Of a stretch of DNA of 64,000 nucleotides, positions 55,484 to 64,000 are shown piece by piece. A program made the translations under genes and the position numbers. Below the pieces are notes generated by a model. The model worked only from the letters and a program-made list of their open reading frames with translations, was not told the origin of the DNA and did not search any database. The DNA lies in the IMG/VR virus record IMGVR_UViG_3300021085_000009, positions 72,815-136,814 of that record; one strand, given 5' to 3'. The stretch comes from a virus. Position 1 is the stretch's first letter; every line of letters starts with the position of its first letter.

Positions 55484-55722
55484 TTTGTTCTAATTTTATC
55501 CCTATCTTTTGGTGGTAATCCACTTTTAATTCTATCTTGAACTTCTTTCCAACCGTCTCCGGCTCTTCTCAATAAAGATTTATCTCCTTCATAACTTATA
55601 TGCGATGGAGATATAACTTGTTGGATATTTGGATCCTTGACATATTCTTGCATATCAGCAATAGACATCATTTTAGTTTCTATTTCATCAGTTTCTAAAT
55701 TTTTAAAATCATACATTGGCAT
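55480..55722 (-). CDS. FmdB-like small protein lacking Zn ligands
   Basis: MPMYDFKN..T.E...GWKEV..RIK. Confidence 0.65.
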   Translation of the reverse strand: MPMYDFKNLETDEIETKMMSIADMQEYVKDPNIQQVISPSHISYEGDKSLLRRAGDGWKEVQDRIKSGLPPKDRDKIRTK

Positions 55723-56263
55723 AATTAAACCACTCCGGTACTTCTCGTTTAGTCCAAGCCATATTGAACCTATGTTGTTTTGTTTCGTAAAATTTACGAT
55801 ACGATGTAATTGGACATTCTGAGATACATTCTGGAAATGAAGCCATTGCTAATTTAAATGGTGTCATTGGTACTTGAGGAATATTATCTGGTACGTCATA
55901 TAACTCTCCTCTAAGTTTTAAATCAGTAGCATGAACTTTACCATATCTGTATGTATACTCATCGCATAAGGCTACAAAATGTTTATAATGCCATTTGTAA
56001 TTGTGTACTGATTCTCTGGTCCATACTGTAGATGGATGATTAAAATGACATGCCTTATAAAGAATGTCTTCTCTTTCGTCATTAAGTTTAAAGTATTGTA
56101 ACATGGAACCAGACTTTGATGGCCTACGTTCCATTACGCCATCAAGCATACGATGTACTGTAGAAAGCATTTGAGCTGATTCTACAATCATTTTCACCAC
56201 ATGTTTATCGCACTGGTCTTGTGCTGCTTTCACTGGATCATCATTTAAGATAAATATATTCAT
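55709..56263 (-). CDS. Pyrimidine-dimer DNA glycosylase-like protein (DenV-related)
   Basis: MNIFIL..DP...A....DKHVVKM.VE.AQMLST...YK..H.NHP...W...EY..RYGK.H. Confidence 0.8.
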   Translation of the reverse strand: MNIFILNDDPVKAAQDQCDKHVVKMIVESAQMLSTVHRMLDGVMERRPSKSGSMLQYFKLNDEREDILYKACHFNHPSTVWTRESVHNYKWHYKHFVALCDEYTYRYGKVHATDLKLRGELYDVPDNIPQVPMTPFKLAMASFPECISECPITSYRKFYETKQHRFNMAWTKREVPEWFNYANV

Positions 56264-56290
56264 AATATAACCTGTTTGTAATATAATACC

Positions 56291-56319
56291 ATTATACCAT
56301 ACTTTACTGCACATGTACA
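56291..56319 (-). promoter_or_regulatory. Early promoter TGTACA-17-TATAAT
   Basis: Repeat motif. Confidence 0.8.
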
Positions 56320-56329
56320 CATGTTTTTA

Positions 56330-56361
56330 GTAAAAGTTAACCCCACGAGTGAGGTTAACCC
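56330..56361 (-). terminator. Rho-independent terminator
   Basis: On the minus strand: GTTAACCTCAC-TC-GTGGGGTTAAC hairpin followed by TTTT. Confidence 0.7.
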
Positions 56362-56366
56362 CATGG

Positions 56367-56531
56367 TTACCTCCCCATATATACCTGTTCAAGATCTTGA
56401 AGATTCTTTTCCATATATAATACTTTTTTAGCCATTTTATATGCCAGAACTTCTTTGCCTTTTTTAATTAATCTCATTCTATAATGTTTAGTTTCAATGA
56501 TATCTCGCCTCAATCGATGAATCTCGTGCAT
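56367..56531 (-). CDS. Small hypothetical protein (54 aa, absent from ORF track)
   Basis: AAGGAG RBS; MHEIHRLRRDIIETKHYRMRLIKKGKEVLAYKM... Confidence 0.65.
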   Translation of the reverse strand: MHEIHRLRRDIIETKHYRMRLIKKGKEVLAYKMAKKVLYMEKNLQDLEQVYMGR

Positions 56532-56608
56532 GGATTCTCCTTGTTGGTTAGTTAAAATTTAAAAAAACATAATGTAGGTATCGGGTTCTCCTTTAAAGTT
56601 AAATTTAA

Positions 56609-57082
56609 TTAAATGGCCTTATCAATTACAGACTCATCTAACACCATATCACTGAATAGGTCAGGCCATACTTCTGCTACCATTTTCTTGGTAACACCAC
56701 CGAATTTACCGGTAAAGGCTTTGTCCTTCATTGCAATAAGAATATCGGCTTCGTCAGGATGTACTGATTCTAACATGTCGATAAACATTTTTTCTATCTT
56801 TGCTTGTGGTAATCCTTTAGCTTTTGGATGTCCTTTAACAAGATAGGGTAATCGTCTTTGTTCTAATTGGATAGTACTAGGAGCCATTCCTAGTGGTTCT
56901 TTTGATTTTTTAAAAGGTGGTTCGCCTTCTGGTAAATTCCATTCTATAATGGGATCCCAAGCTCCTTTTAAAACTGTAATAAGGGCAACTGAATAGTTTT
57001 CCTTTAGATACTTTTGCTTCTCAGCTTTTCCTCTTTTCTTACCGGTATTATTTAATACCTCAGAGATTAATAAATTAGCCAT
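56609..57082 (-). CDS. Conserved T4-like hypothetical protein following RNase H
   Basis: LISEVL...LPEGEPPF...E.MFI.MLES.HP.EA.ILI..KDK. Confidence 0.75.
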   Translation of the reverse strand: MANLLISEVLNNTGKKRGKAEKQKYLKENYSVALITVLKGAWDPIIEWNLPEGEPPFKKSKEPLGMAPSTIQLEQRRLPYLVKGHPKAKGLPQAKIEKMFIDMLESVHPDEADILIAMKDKAFTGKFGGVTKKMVAEVWPDLFSDMVLDESVIDKAI

Positions 57083-57935
57083 TGTAAAATTCCTCCGCAC
57101 ATTCAACCAGATTTTTTAATCTGTTTTTAATTAGATAGTTTAAAACTTTCATTCGCATAGCTGGCTTTTGCTCTACAAAATTATTTATAATAGTTTGAGA
57201 TAGATCAACCGGGATTTCTTCCAAATCAATAAGTTTTTTATTTCTTTGGTAATTTCTGAATTCCTCAGTTGTCATCACTTCCTGTAGCTTATCAGAGTTT
57301 TCTAACCAATAAGCTATTTTCTTTTGCGTCATTGGCGATTGCCTAATTTCATCAACAAAAGAGTTATCAGGCGATAGTATATTTGGTATACCATCACCCT
57401 TGTCGCCACGACATATATGTTCAAAACAATATGTCCTAGGATTTTTATCTGAAACAGCTTTCTTTTGAATTGGTGAAAACTGTTTCACATTTGAATATTT
57501 GTGTAATTGTATAAAATCTTTATCAGAAGATATAATCATAACTGGTTCATGATTGCCAAACTCTTGAGTATTTTGTACTAGAGCACCGATAATATCATCA
57601 GCTTCTGCACCTTCCATATGTACTACTTTATACGGAAAATTATCTTTAAGTTCTTCTCTAACTAAATTTAGAATTCTGAATACTTCATTCCAATTCATAG
57701 TTGAATCAGTTTCTGCTCTCTTCTTTTTTCTATGAGCTTTATATTCTGGAAAAAAGCTTTTTCTCCAGGTATTCATACCATCAGCACAAATAACCATTTG
57801 GCCGTATTCTGCTCGGTATTTTTTATTATACATTCTAATACTATTTAGTATCATATGTCTAATCATTTTTTCATCATTTAGTTTTTGCACTATAATATTT
57901 GATAGTGCGATTTGGCTATAATCAAGTAATATCAT
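57075..57935 (-). CDS. rnh: T4-type RNase H / 5'-3' exonuclease
   Basis: ILLD.SQI, WRK..FP.YK..RK, EADDIIG, SSDKDF.QL, GD.GDGIPNILS, RN..LIDL. Confidence 0.93.
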   Translation of the reverse strand: MILLDYSQIALSNIIVQKLNDEKMIRHMILNSIRMYNKKYRAEYGQMVICADGMNTWRKSFFPEYKAHRKKKRAETDSTMNWNEVFRILNLVREELKDNFPYKVVHMEGAEADDIIGALVQNTQEFGNHEPVMIISSDKDFIQLHKYSNVKQFSPIQKKAVSDKNPRTYCFEHICRGDKGDGIPNILSPDNSFVDEIRQSPMTQKKIAYWLENSDKLQEVMTTEEFRNYQRNKKLIDLEEIPVDLSQTIINNFVEQKPAMRMKVLNYLIKNRLKNLVECAEEFYNG

Positions 57936-58320
57936 CTTCGTCGTCAATGTCCTCTACTGTTAATTGGTAATCTTCTAATCTGAAAGCAACTAGTGCTGCT
58001 AATTTTTCATAGGATGACTCTAAATCTTCGTGTAAGATATGATCCATTCCAGCTCTTCTGAAAAATAAACTAACCAGCATATTTAGAATAACCATAAAAT
58101 CTTTATAGTTAACGTCATCAGTATCTGCCATATCAATGTTAAGATCTGGATATTCTACTGATAATTCATCTAATGCTGATTGTATTAGATCCATTATATA
58201 ATGTGAGACATTAATAGCATCATCTTCGTTTTGAAGCATGATGTCCATTCTTTCTTCTTCTACTTCAGCTTTTCTACGTTCTGTTGGAAACTGAATTACA
58301 TTACTTTTTTCTGCTTTCAT
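57922..58320 (-). CDS. Hypothetical acidic protein
   Basis: NVIQFP motif; directly below an early promoter. Confidence 0.7.
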   Translation of the reverse strand: MKAEKSNVIQFPTERRKAEVEEERMDIMLQNEDDAINVSHYIMDLIQSALDELSVEYPDLNIDMADTDDVNYKDFMVILNMLVSLFFRRAGMDHILHEDLESSYEKLAALVAFRLEDYQLTVEDIDDEDDIT

Positions 58321-58326
58321 AGTGTT

Positions 58327-58355
58327 ATTATACCATATATTCCATTAATTGTACA
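58327..58355 (-). promoter_or_regulatory. Early promoter TGTACA-17-TATAAT
   Basis: Repeat motif. Confidence 0.8.
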
Positions 58356-58358
58356 GTG

Positions 58359-58781
58359 TTATTTTAGCCCTTTTACTGCATTTCCGCCAAGTCTTACATT
58401 TATAATACCATTATAATATGTATCGCTCATTAGTACTTCTTTATCAAATTGTTCTTTCGCTTCCAGGTAAGCACATTCACCCTTAGTTTTGCATAGATAT
58501 AATATATTTCTATAGAAAATATCTTCGCCTTGAGTTTTAACTTCTTCACATAAAATTTTATTCGATCCAAAATACTTTCTCCAATCAGATTCTATTAATA
58601 TTTTCTTTCTACGTTTTCTACTTTTTGTTTTAGGTAATGTTTTCTGACTCCAGAAAAACTTCTTTCCTATATACTTTTTTCCATTACAACGATTTGTTAT
58701 TTCATAAACGAAACCATAGTAATCATCAGAACTAAAGTTCTCTGGTGGGACAAACACTTTACCTTCATATAACCATTCCAT
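58359..58781 (-). CDS. GIY-YIG family nuclease
   Basis: YGFVYEITN...KKYIGKK...ESDW..Y.GS...E...YYN; start MEWLY. Confidence 0.8.
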   Translation of the reverse strand: MEWLYEGKVFVPPENFSSDDYYGFVYEITNRCNGKKYIGKKFFWSQKTLPKTKSRKRRKKILIESDWRKYFGSNKILCEEVKTQGEDIFYRNILYLCKTKGECAYLEAKEQFDKEVLMSDTYYNGIINVRLGGNAVKGLK

Positions 58782-58789
58782 AATTATAT

Positions 58790-58960
58790 TTATGTATCGT
58801 CTATATCGTCCCAATCTTCTTCATCGTCTTCTTCTGGTTCTTTATAACCACAAAATGGACAATGCTTTGGTAGTAGGTCTGGGTTGTCGTCTTCATCAAT
58901 TTCATAATAAATTTCAGAAGCATGAAAACAAATACTACATTCTATTATTGTGGTTGACAT
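58790..58960 (-). CDS. Small zinc-ribbon protein with acidic tail (56 aa, absent from ORF track)
   Basis: Hand-translated MSTTIIECSICFH...HCPFCGYKEPEEDDEEDWDD. Confidence 0.7.
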   Translation of the reverse strand: MSTTIIECSICFHASEIYYEIDEDDNPDLLPKHCPFCGYKEPEEDDEEDWDDIDDT

Positions 58961-59178
58961 TCTAACAGAGCCTTTAAGTTATCATACCCACCAATTTTTT
59001 CTTCGTTAACAATAATTTGAGGAAATGTTCTTGCAGCTGGAAATGTATCTAACATTTCGTTTCTACTAAAATCTATTCCGTAGTGTTTATACGTAAATTC
59101 TAATCCTTTAGATTCACATAAATTTTTTGCCATTGTACAAAATGGGCATGGCTCTTTACCCCAAATTTCTATATTCAA
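58945..59178 (-). CDS. nrdC: Glutaredoxin
   Basis: CPFC active site; RTFPQI; IGGY. Confidence 0.92.
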   Translation of the reverse strand: MNIEIWGKEPCPFCTMAKNLCESKGLEFTYKHYGIDFSRNEMLDTFPAARTFPQIIVNEEKIGGYDNLKALLECQPQ

Positions 59179-59369
59179 TTTACTACTCCGTTAATCATCC
59201 AAAATGAAAATAACATAAAACCGAACACAATAAATTGAATTATTGATGCCCAGAAGATTTGTTTCATAGGATGTATTTCTGTTAATTTTTCTATCCAAGA
59301 TTCACTTGGTGCTAAGTTTACTACTTGTAAAACTTTTTCAGGTCTTGTAAACCATGGTATATGCATCAT
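59175..59369 (-). CDS. Small membrane protein
   Basis: C-terminal TM; overlaps both neighbours by 4 bp. Confidence 0.6.
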   Translation of the reverse strand: MMHIPWFTRPEKVLQVVNLAPSESWIEKLTEIHPMKQIFWASIIQFIVFGFMLFSFWMINGVVN

Positions 59370-60439
59370 AGGCTCAATCCTGATAATGCCTTTTGATCAA
59401 CATCTTGTTTAACACCACCAGTTACATATGAACTAATTTCGGTTTCCTGTGGAGCTACTTGTACGTTTCCACCACCAATCCATTTCTCAGTCCATGGTAA
59501 TGGGTTTATTTTAGGAACAGTGTAAGGGCATGTTAAACCTAATGCTCTCATTCTCTTACAACCAATCCATTCAATATAATTACCTAAAATGTTTTCGTTA
59601 AGTCCAATCATAGAGCCATCTTTAAATAAATAATGAGCCCATTCCTTTTCTTGTTCTATAACTTTAGTAAATAGTTTAACTACTTCTTCTTCCATTTCCT
59701 TAGCAATTTTTATATAATCTTTATCTTCTTTTAATAGATTTTTAATTAGAACTGTTGTACCTGCCAAATGAGTATTTTCATCTCTGGCAATAAACTTAAT
59801 GATCTTTGCATTACCTTCCATTTTTTTAAGTTCGGCAAATGCCCAAGAACATGCAAATGACACATAAAACCTAATGCCTTCTAAAGCATTAGCTGACATT
59901 AAGCACATATATAATGCTCTTTTATGGTCAAGTTTATTTGTTGGACCTGCATTACAATCGATTAAATCGTCATAATACTTAGCGATATCGTTACCACAAT
60001 CCAATATTTCTTTTACATTAAGCATGCCATCAAATACTAATGAAGGATCTGCATAAACATTTCTTATAATATGTGTATATGATCTACTATGGATTGTTTC
60101 AAAGAAACTCCAAGTTTCAATCCAGTTTTCAATTTCTGGTAAACTTGCAATTGGTAGAAATGCTAGGTTTGGTGCTCGACCTTGAACGGAATCTAAAAGA
60201 ATTTGTCTTTTAAGATTACTTGTAAAAATGTGTTTTTCGTGTTCAGTTAATCCTTCAAAATCCTTTTTATCTTTTGAAATATCTACCTCTTCGGGCCTCC
60301 AAAAGAATCCAAGTTGTTTTTCTGTAATTTTATCTATTTGTGGATATTTTAAAACGTCGAATCTTTGTATATCCACTGCTTCATCTAAAAACATGTTTTT
60401 TGCTAAATGAGATTTTTTATTTTTTTTCAGTATTGCCAT
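59366..60439 (-). CDS. nrdB: Ribonucleotide reductase class Ia beta subunit
   Basis: FFWRPEEVD, LDSVQGR, ETIHSRSY, LEGIRFYVSF, IARDEN.H, VQVAPQE.EISSY. Confidence 0.97.
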   Translation of the reverse strand: MAILKKNKKSHLAKNMFLDEAVDIQRFDVLKYPQIDKITEKQLGFFWRPEEVDISKDKKDFEGLTEHEKHIFTSNLKRQILLDSVQGRAPNLAFLPIASLPEIENWIETWSFFETIHSRSYTHIIRNVYADPSLVFDGMLNVKEILDCGNDIAKYYDDLIDCNAGPTNKLDHKRALYMCLMSANALEGIRFYVSFACSWAFAELKKMEGNAKIIKFIARDENTHLAGTTVLIKNLLKEDKDYIKIAKEMEEEVVKLFTKVIEQEKEWAHYLFKDGSMIGLNENILGNYIEWIGCKRMRALGLTCPYTVPKINPLPWTEKWIGGGNVQVAPQETEISSYVTGGVKQDVDQKALSGLSL

Positions 60440-60450
60440 TTATATATCCT

Positions 60451-62775
60451 TTATATTTTACAGCTTTCGCAATCGTCATCGTCAATAATTACTGACTGGG
60501 TTTCAGTTGTTCCACTATCGTATGGGTGATGGTCATCGTCTTTCATTTCTCCTGCACCATCATGAGTGTTAAAATAGTAGAGTTGTTTTAATCCAAATTT
60601 GTATGCATTAACAAGGTCCTGTATCATTAATGACATAGGAATTTTATTGTCTTCAAACTTTTCTGGATTGTAAGAAGTATTAACACTAATACCCTGATCA
60701 ATATACTTTTGAAGGATTGCGCATATCTTGAGATATCCATCGGTTCCTTCTTGATCCCACAATAAATCATATTTATTTTTTAAATGGTGGTATCCTGGAA
60801 CAACCTGAGCTAATACACCGTCCTTAGATTGTTTATAAGATACGAGTGCTCTAGGTGGTTCAATACCATTAGTGCTATTACTAATCTGTGCAGATGTTTC
60901 GGCTGGCATTAATGCCATTAGAGTACTGTTTCTAATACCATGTTCCTTTAAGTGAGTTCTTAATTGCTTCCAAGGTACGCGTTCTTTATGCTCTATTAAA
61001 TTATCTACTGCACCTTTATATGTATCAATTGGAAGTACTCCAGAGCCGTATTTTGTGTCATCAATTGCAGATATTTTACCTTTTTCTCTGGCTAGTTTTG
61101 ATGAAGCTCTAATAAGATAATACGACCAAGATTCAGCATATTCATCTACAACCTTAAATGCCGATTCATCGTATTTTAATCCTCTTTTTGCTAAGAAATA
61201 AGCTAGGTTTATAATACCAATACCTAATGGTCTTCGAGCCATTGTAGATTTTTCTGCAGCTGGAATTGGATATGCTTGATAATCCAATAATTCATCTAAA
61301 CCTCTTACTGCTAATTCACAGTACTTTTTAAATTCGCCAGGATGGTTAATTAAACCCCAATTAATTGCTGATAATGTGCATAGTGAAATTTCACCTTCAT
61401 CGTCATCATATGATTCCAATGGCTTTGTCGGTAAATCAATTTCACAGCATAAATTACTCATTCTAATTGGTGCTCTATCTGGTTTAAATGCACCATGATC
61501 ATTTGCATGGTCAACATTCATTACATAAATTCTTCCAGTATCTTTTCTTTCAGTTAATAGCTGTTGAAATACTTCGAGTGCTGGTAAAGATTTTTTACGT
61601 ACAGAATATGCTCTTTCGTATTTTTCGTATAACTCTTTAAATTTTTCTTGGTCATCAAAGAACGATTCATACAATCCTGGAACATCGTTAGGATCAAAGA
61701 ACGTTATATTACCACCTGTTAATAGTCTTTCATACATTAACTTATTTAATTGGAACGCATAGTCCATGTGTCTTACACGACCTTCTTCAGTTCCTTTATT
61801 ATTTTTAAGTACTACTAAGTCCTCAAATTCATAGTGCCATATTGGTAGATATACAGTTGCTGCACCACCACGAACACCGCCTTGAGAGCATGATTTAACT
61901 GCCGATTGAAAATATTTTAAGAATGGAATAAGTCCAGTATGAACAACTGAACCATCACCTACTTTAGCACCGTTAGCTCTGATAGAGCCAGCACCGATTC
62001 CAATACCTGCTTTCTTACTAATGTATTTTACAATAGAGGTGGCAGTAGCGTTAATGCTGTCAAGAGAATCGCCAGATTCGATAAGCACACAGCTTGAAAA
62101 CTGACGGGTTGGAGTACGTACTCCTGCCATAATCGGAGTAGGGAGTGATATATAAAATTGACTAATTGCATCGTAATAATCCTTCACGAATTTCATTCGA
62201 GTTTCTTTTGAGTAGTTTGAAAATAGAGTTGCTGCAACCATCATATACAGCATTTGTGGTGTTTCGTAATAAACCTTTTCTTTTCTATCTTGTACTAGGT
62301 ATTTACCACGGAACTGTTCCATTCCAGCATATGTAAATAGATCATCTCTATCATGTTTTATGTATGAATCTAACTGATCTATTTCATCACGAGTATAACT
62401 TTGCATAATCCCACCATCGTATACTCCACGTGAAATATTTTCAATGATGATGTGCGCAAGAGACCATGGTTCATACTGACCATAAACTTCTTTTCGTAAT
62501 TTATAATTGATTAATCGAGCCGCTACAAATTGATAATTCGGCGTATGCTCAGAGATTAATTCAGATGCACTCTTAATTAGTAGTTCGTGTATATCGTATG
62601 CAGGTATCTTATCATACAATTGAATATTAGATTTTAGTTCTATTTCAGATTGTGATACCCCTGAAATATCTTCTACAGCCCACTCTAGTACCTTATGTAC
62701 TTTTTCTAGATCAAAGCTTTGGAGAGAGCCGTCCCTCTTAGTGACATTTATATCCATAATGTTTATCCCGTTCAT
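60451..62775 (-). CDS. nrdA: Ribonucleotide reductase class Ia alpha subunit
   Basis: ATP-cone VTKRDG; PTPIMAG; QFSSCVL; CSQGGVRGG; SNLCCEI; MPAETS; KQLYY; C-terminal CESC. Confidence 0.98.
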   Translation of the reverse strand: MNGINIMDINVTKRDGSLQSFDLEKVHKVLEWAVEDISGVSQSEIELKSNIQLYDKIPAYDIHELLIKSASELISEHTPNYQFVAARLINYKLRKEVYGQYEPWSLAHIIIENISRGVYDGGIMQSYTRDEIDQLDSYIKHDRDDLFTYAGMEQFRGKYLVQDRKEKVYYETPQMLYMMVAATLFSNYSKETRMKFVKDYYDAISQFYISLPTPIMAGVRTPTRQFSSCVLIESGDSLDSINATATSIVKYISKKAGIGIGAGSIRANGAKVGDGSVVHTGLIPFLKYFQSAVKSCSQGGVRGGAATVYLPIWHYEFEDLVVLKNNKGTEEGRVRHMDYAFQLNKLMYERLLTGGNITFFDPNDVPGLYESFFDDQEKFKELYEKYERAYSVRKKSLPALEVFQQLLTERKDTGRIYVMNVDHANDHGAFKPDRAPIRMSNLCCEIDLPTKPLESYDDDEGEISLCTLSAINWGLINHPGEFKKYCELAVRGLDELLDYQAYPIPAAEKSTMARRPLGIGIINLAYFLAKRGLKYDESAFKVVDEYAESWSYYLIRASSKLAREKGKISAIDDTKYGSGVLPIDTYKGAVDNLIEHKERVPWKQLRTHLKEHGIRNSTLMALMPAETSAQISNSTNGIEPPRALVSYKQSKDGVLAQVVPGYHHLKNKYDLLWDQEGTDGYLKICAILQKYIDQGISVNTSYNPEKFEDNKIPMSLMIQDLVNAYKFGLKQLYYFNTHDGAGEMKDDDHHPYDSGTTETQSVIIDDDDCESCKI

Positions 62776-62799
62776 ATTTGTGTTTCATTTAATATATCT

Positions 62800-62828
62800 A
62801 TTATACCATAAAACTCAACAAATGTACA
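62800..62828 (-). promoter_or_regulatory. Early promoter TGTACA-17-TATAAT for nrdA
   Basis: Repeat motif. Confidence 0.8.
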
Positions 62829-62838
62829 CTGGTTTGTG

Positions 62839-63165
62839 TTATTTTTTTATTTTGAGTCTTCTTTCAATTTCTTCAATTCGAGATATAAGAGGTTTATAAC
62901 CGTCGAACTCTTCAATACCGCATTTGCAATGTGCAACGCTTTCTACATAATCAAGCCTTTCAGCTATAAGTGGATATTGTTTTCTAAATTTAGCATCCTT
63001 TTTTGCTAATTCTAAATCGTATTTATCTGCGACATGTGCCATAAATCTATCGACTTGTTTTTGGAACCATATACCACCTTTTGTTCCTTGGAACCAGTTG
63101 TAGAATGAAGAACCTATAATAGAACTTAAAATGGATTTAAGTGATAATATTAGTAAAAAATACAT
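62839..63165 (-). CDS. Hypothetical protein with N-terminal hydrophobic segment
   Basis: Coupled to the lipase gene. Confidence 0.65.
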   Translation of the reverse strand: MYFLLILSLKSILSSIIGSSFYNWFQGTKGGIWFQKQVDRFMAHVADKYDLELAKKDAKFRKQYPLIAERLDYVESVAHCKCGIEEFDGYKPLISRIEEIERRLKIKK

Positions 63166-63917
63166 TACTTTTCCTTTGAAAGCTTTTTAATTGCTTTAAC
63201 ATAGTTTGGCATTCCATGGTCTACTACGCCATCAAAGAATTTAAATCTTTTCCATGACTGACCAATTCCATAAAAGAAATCTGTCCATGTTGGCTTAAGT
63301 TGCTTATCTCCAAATCTATTAAAATAAATCATCTCGCCATGATGTCTAAATCCTAACCATGCTGGTGGAATTCTACATACGATATCGTTATTATTCATAA
63401 ATCTGTAATGTGGACATTTAATATTTTTAATAAAGTGTTTACCACCTACCCTTGGTGATCCAAAGGTGAAGAGTTCTTCAGGCTGATAACGCGTAGCACT
63501 AATTGTGGCCATTGCAGCACCTAAGCTATGACCAGTAATATATACATCTTTTCTTACTTTTAATTGATCATTATGCTCTAATTCTTTTACGATTTCCATC
63601 CATACATCGTCAACTTCTTGTTGAAATCCGCCATGTACTTTACCACCAGCTTTAGCAGTATTTTTAACAATTTTTAAATCGGCCATAACATCATTTAGTT
63701 TAGATGGTTCTGTTCCTCTGAATGCAAACCATAGGTCATTACGGTCTTTAGCAATAAGTACTTCTGCACCGCCATTACTGATTAGTTTACCTGAAGAAAA
63801 ACCTAATTTCTTACATGCAGTTTCTGCTGGTTTGGGGTTCATATAAGCAATTGCTGATAGCTTGGCTGCTATCTCTGCTCTTTCCCATACCGTCATATCA
63901 TCTTTCATTCTACTCAT
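63165..63917 (-). CDS. Class 3 lipase (alpha/beta hydrolase)
   Basis: FAFRGTE, VH.GF, ITGHSLGAAMA, TFGSPRVG, NNDIV.R.P, F.H.G, DH; probable start MSRMK. Confidence 0.9.
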   Translation of the reverse strand: MSRMKDDMTVWERAEIAAKLSAIAYMNPKPAETACKKLGFSSGKLISNGGAEVLIAKDRNDLWFAFRGTEPSKLNDVMADLKIVKNTAKAGGKVHGGFQQEVDDVWMEIVKELEHNDQLKVRKDVYITGHSLGAAMATISATRYQPEELFTFGSPRVGGKHFIKNIKCPHYRFMNNNDIVCRIPPAWLGFRHHGEMIYFNRFGDKQLKPTWTDFFYGIGQSWKRFKFFDGVVDHGMPNYVKAIKKLSKEK

Positions 63918-64000
63918 TTTCTTTCTCCACTTTAATTTCCACCGCTCCGCCATCTTCATCATTTATTGTTACATTCCTATAGTAAACTATCACCTCACCG
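63910..64000 (-). CDS. 3' end of an upstream gene, possibly an outer spanin-like lipoprotein
   Basis: Open frame ...GEVIVYYRNVTINDEDGGAVEIKVEKENE*; EVIVYY recalls spanin-like C-termini. Confidence 0.35.
   Translation of the reverse strand, partial: GEVIVYYRNVTINDEDGGAVEIKVEKENE

Noticed and set aside
58359-58781. Mobile homing endonuclease
   Set aside because: Nuclease domain only, without DNA-binding repeats, and no intron context; looks like a resident conserved gene.
59366-62775. Introns or inteins in nrdA/nrdB
   Set aside because: Both ORFs are continuous and of normal length.

Overview
AT-rich 64-kb segment of a large T4-like myovirus, resembling marine phages of heterotrophic proteobacteria; the host cannot be fixed from sequence alone. 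Most genes are on the minus strand. 1-28 kb is a tail fibre/baseplate module (three fibre-like genes, a DUF4815-like 1828-aa protein, gp8, gp7, gp6, gp25, short gp5, hub, gp53, gp48). 28-33 kb is a plus-strand block (gp4, gp2, tube initiator, gp26/gp51, tape-measure-like). gp32/gp59/gp33 follow, then small early genes behind repeated TGTACA-17-TATAAT promoters. 40-46.6 kb is a late-promoted operon joining curli secretion genes (csgF, csgG, two curlin-repeat proteins) to a FecR-domain protein and a CHASE2 adenylate cyclase; this is the strongest candidate for an undescribed system. The rest holds iscA, lysozyme, duplicated adhesin-like pairs, a RimK-protease fusion, tRNA-Arg, phoH, RNase H, glutaredoxin, nrdAB and a lipase. 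Other notable signals are a likely -1 frameshift fusing gp26 to gp51, an origin-like intergenic region beside gp5, and several structured leaders. All family assignments come from motif recognition by eye; no database search was run.
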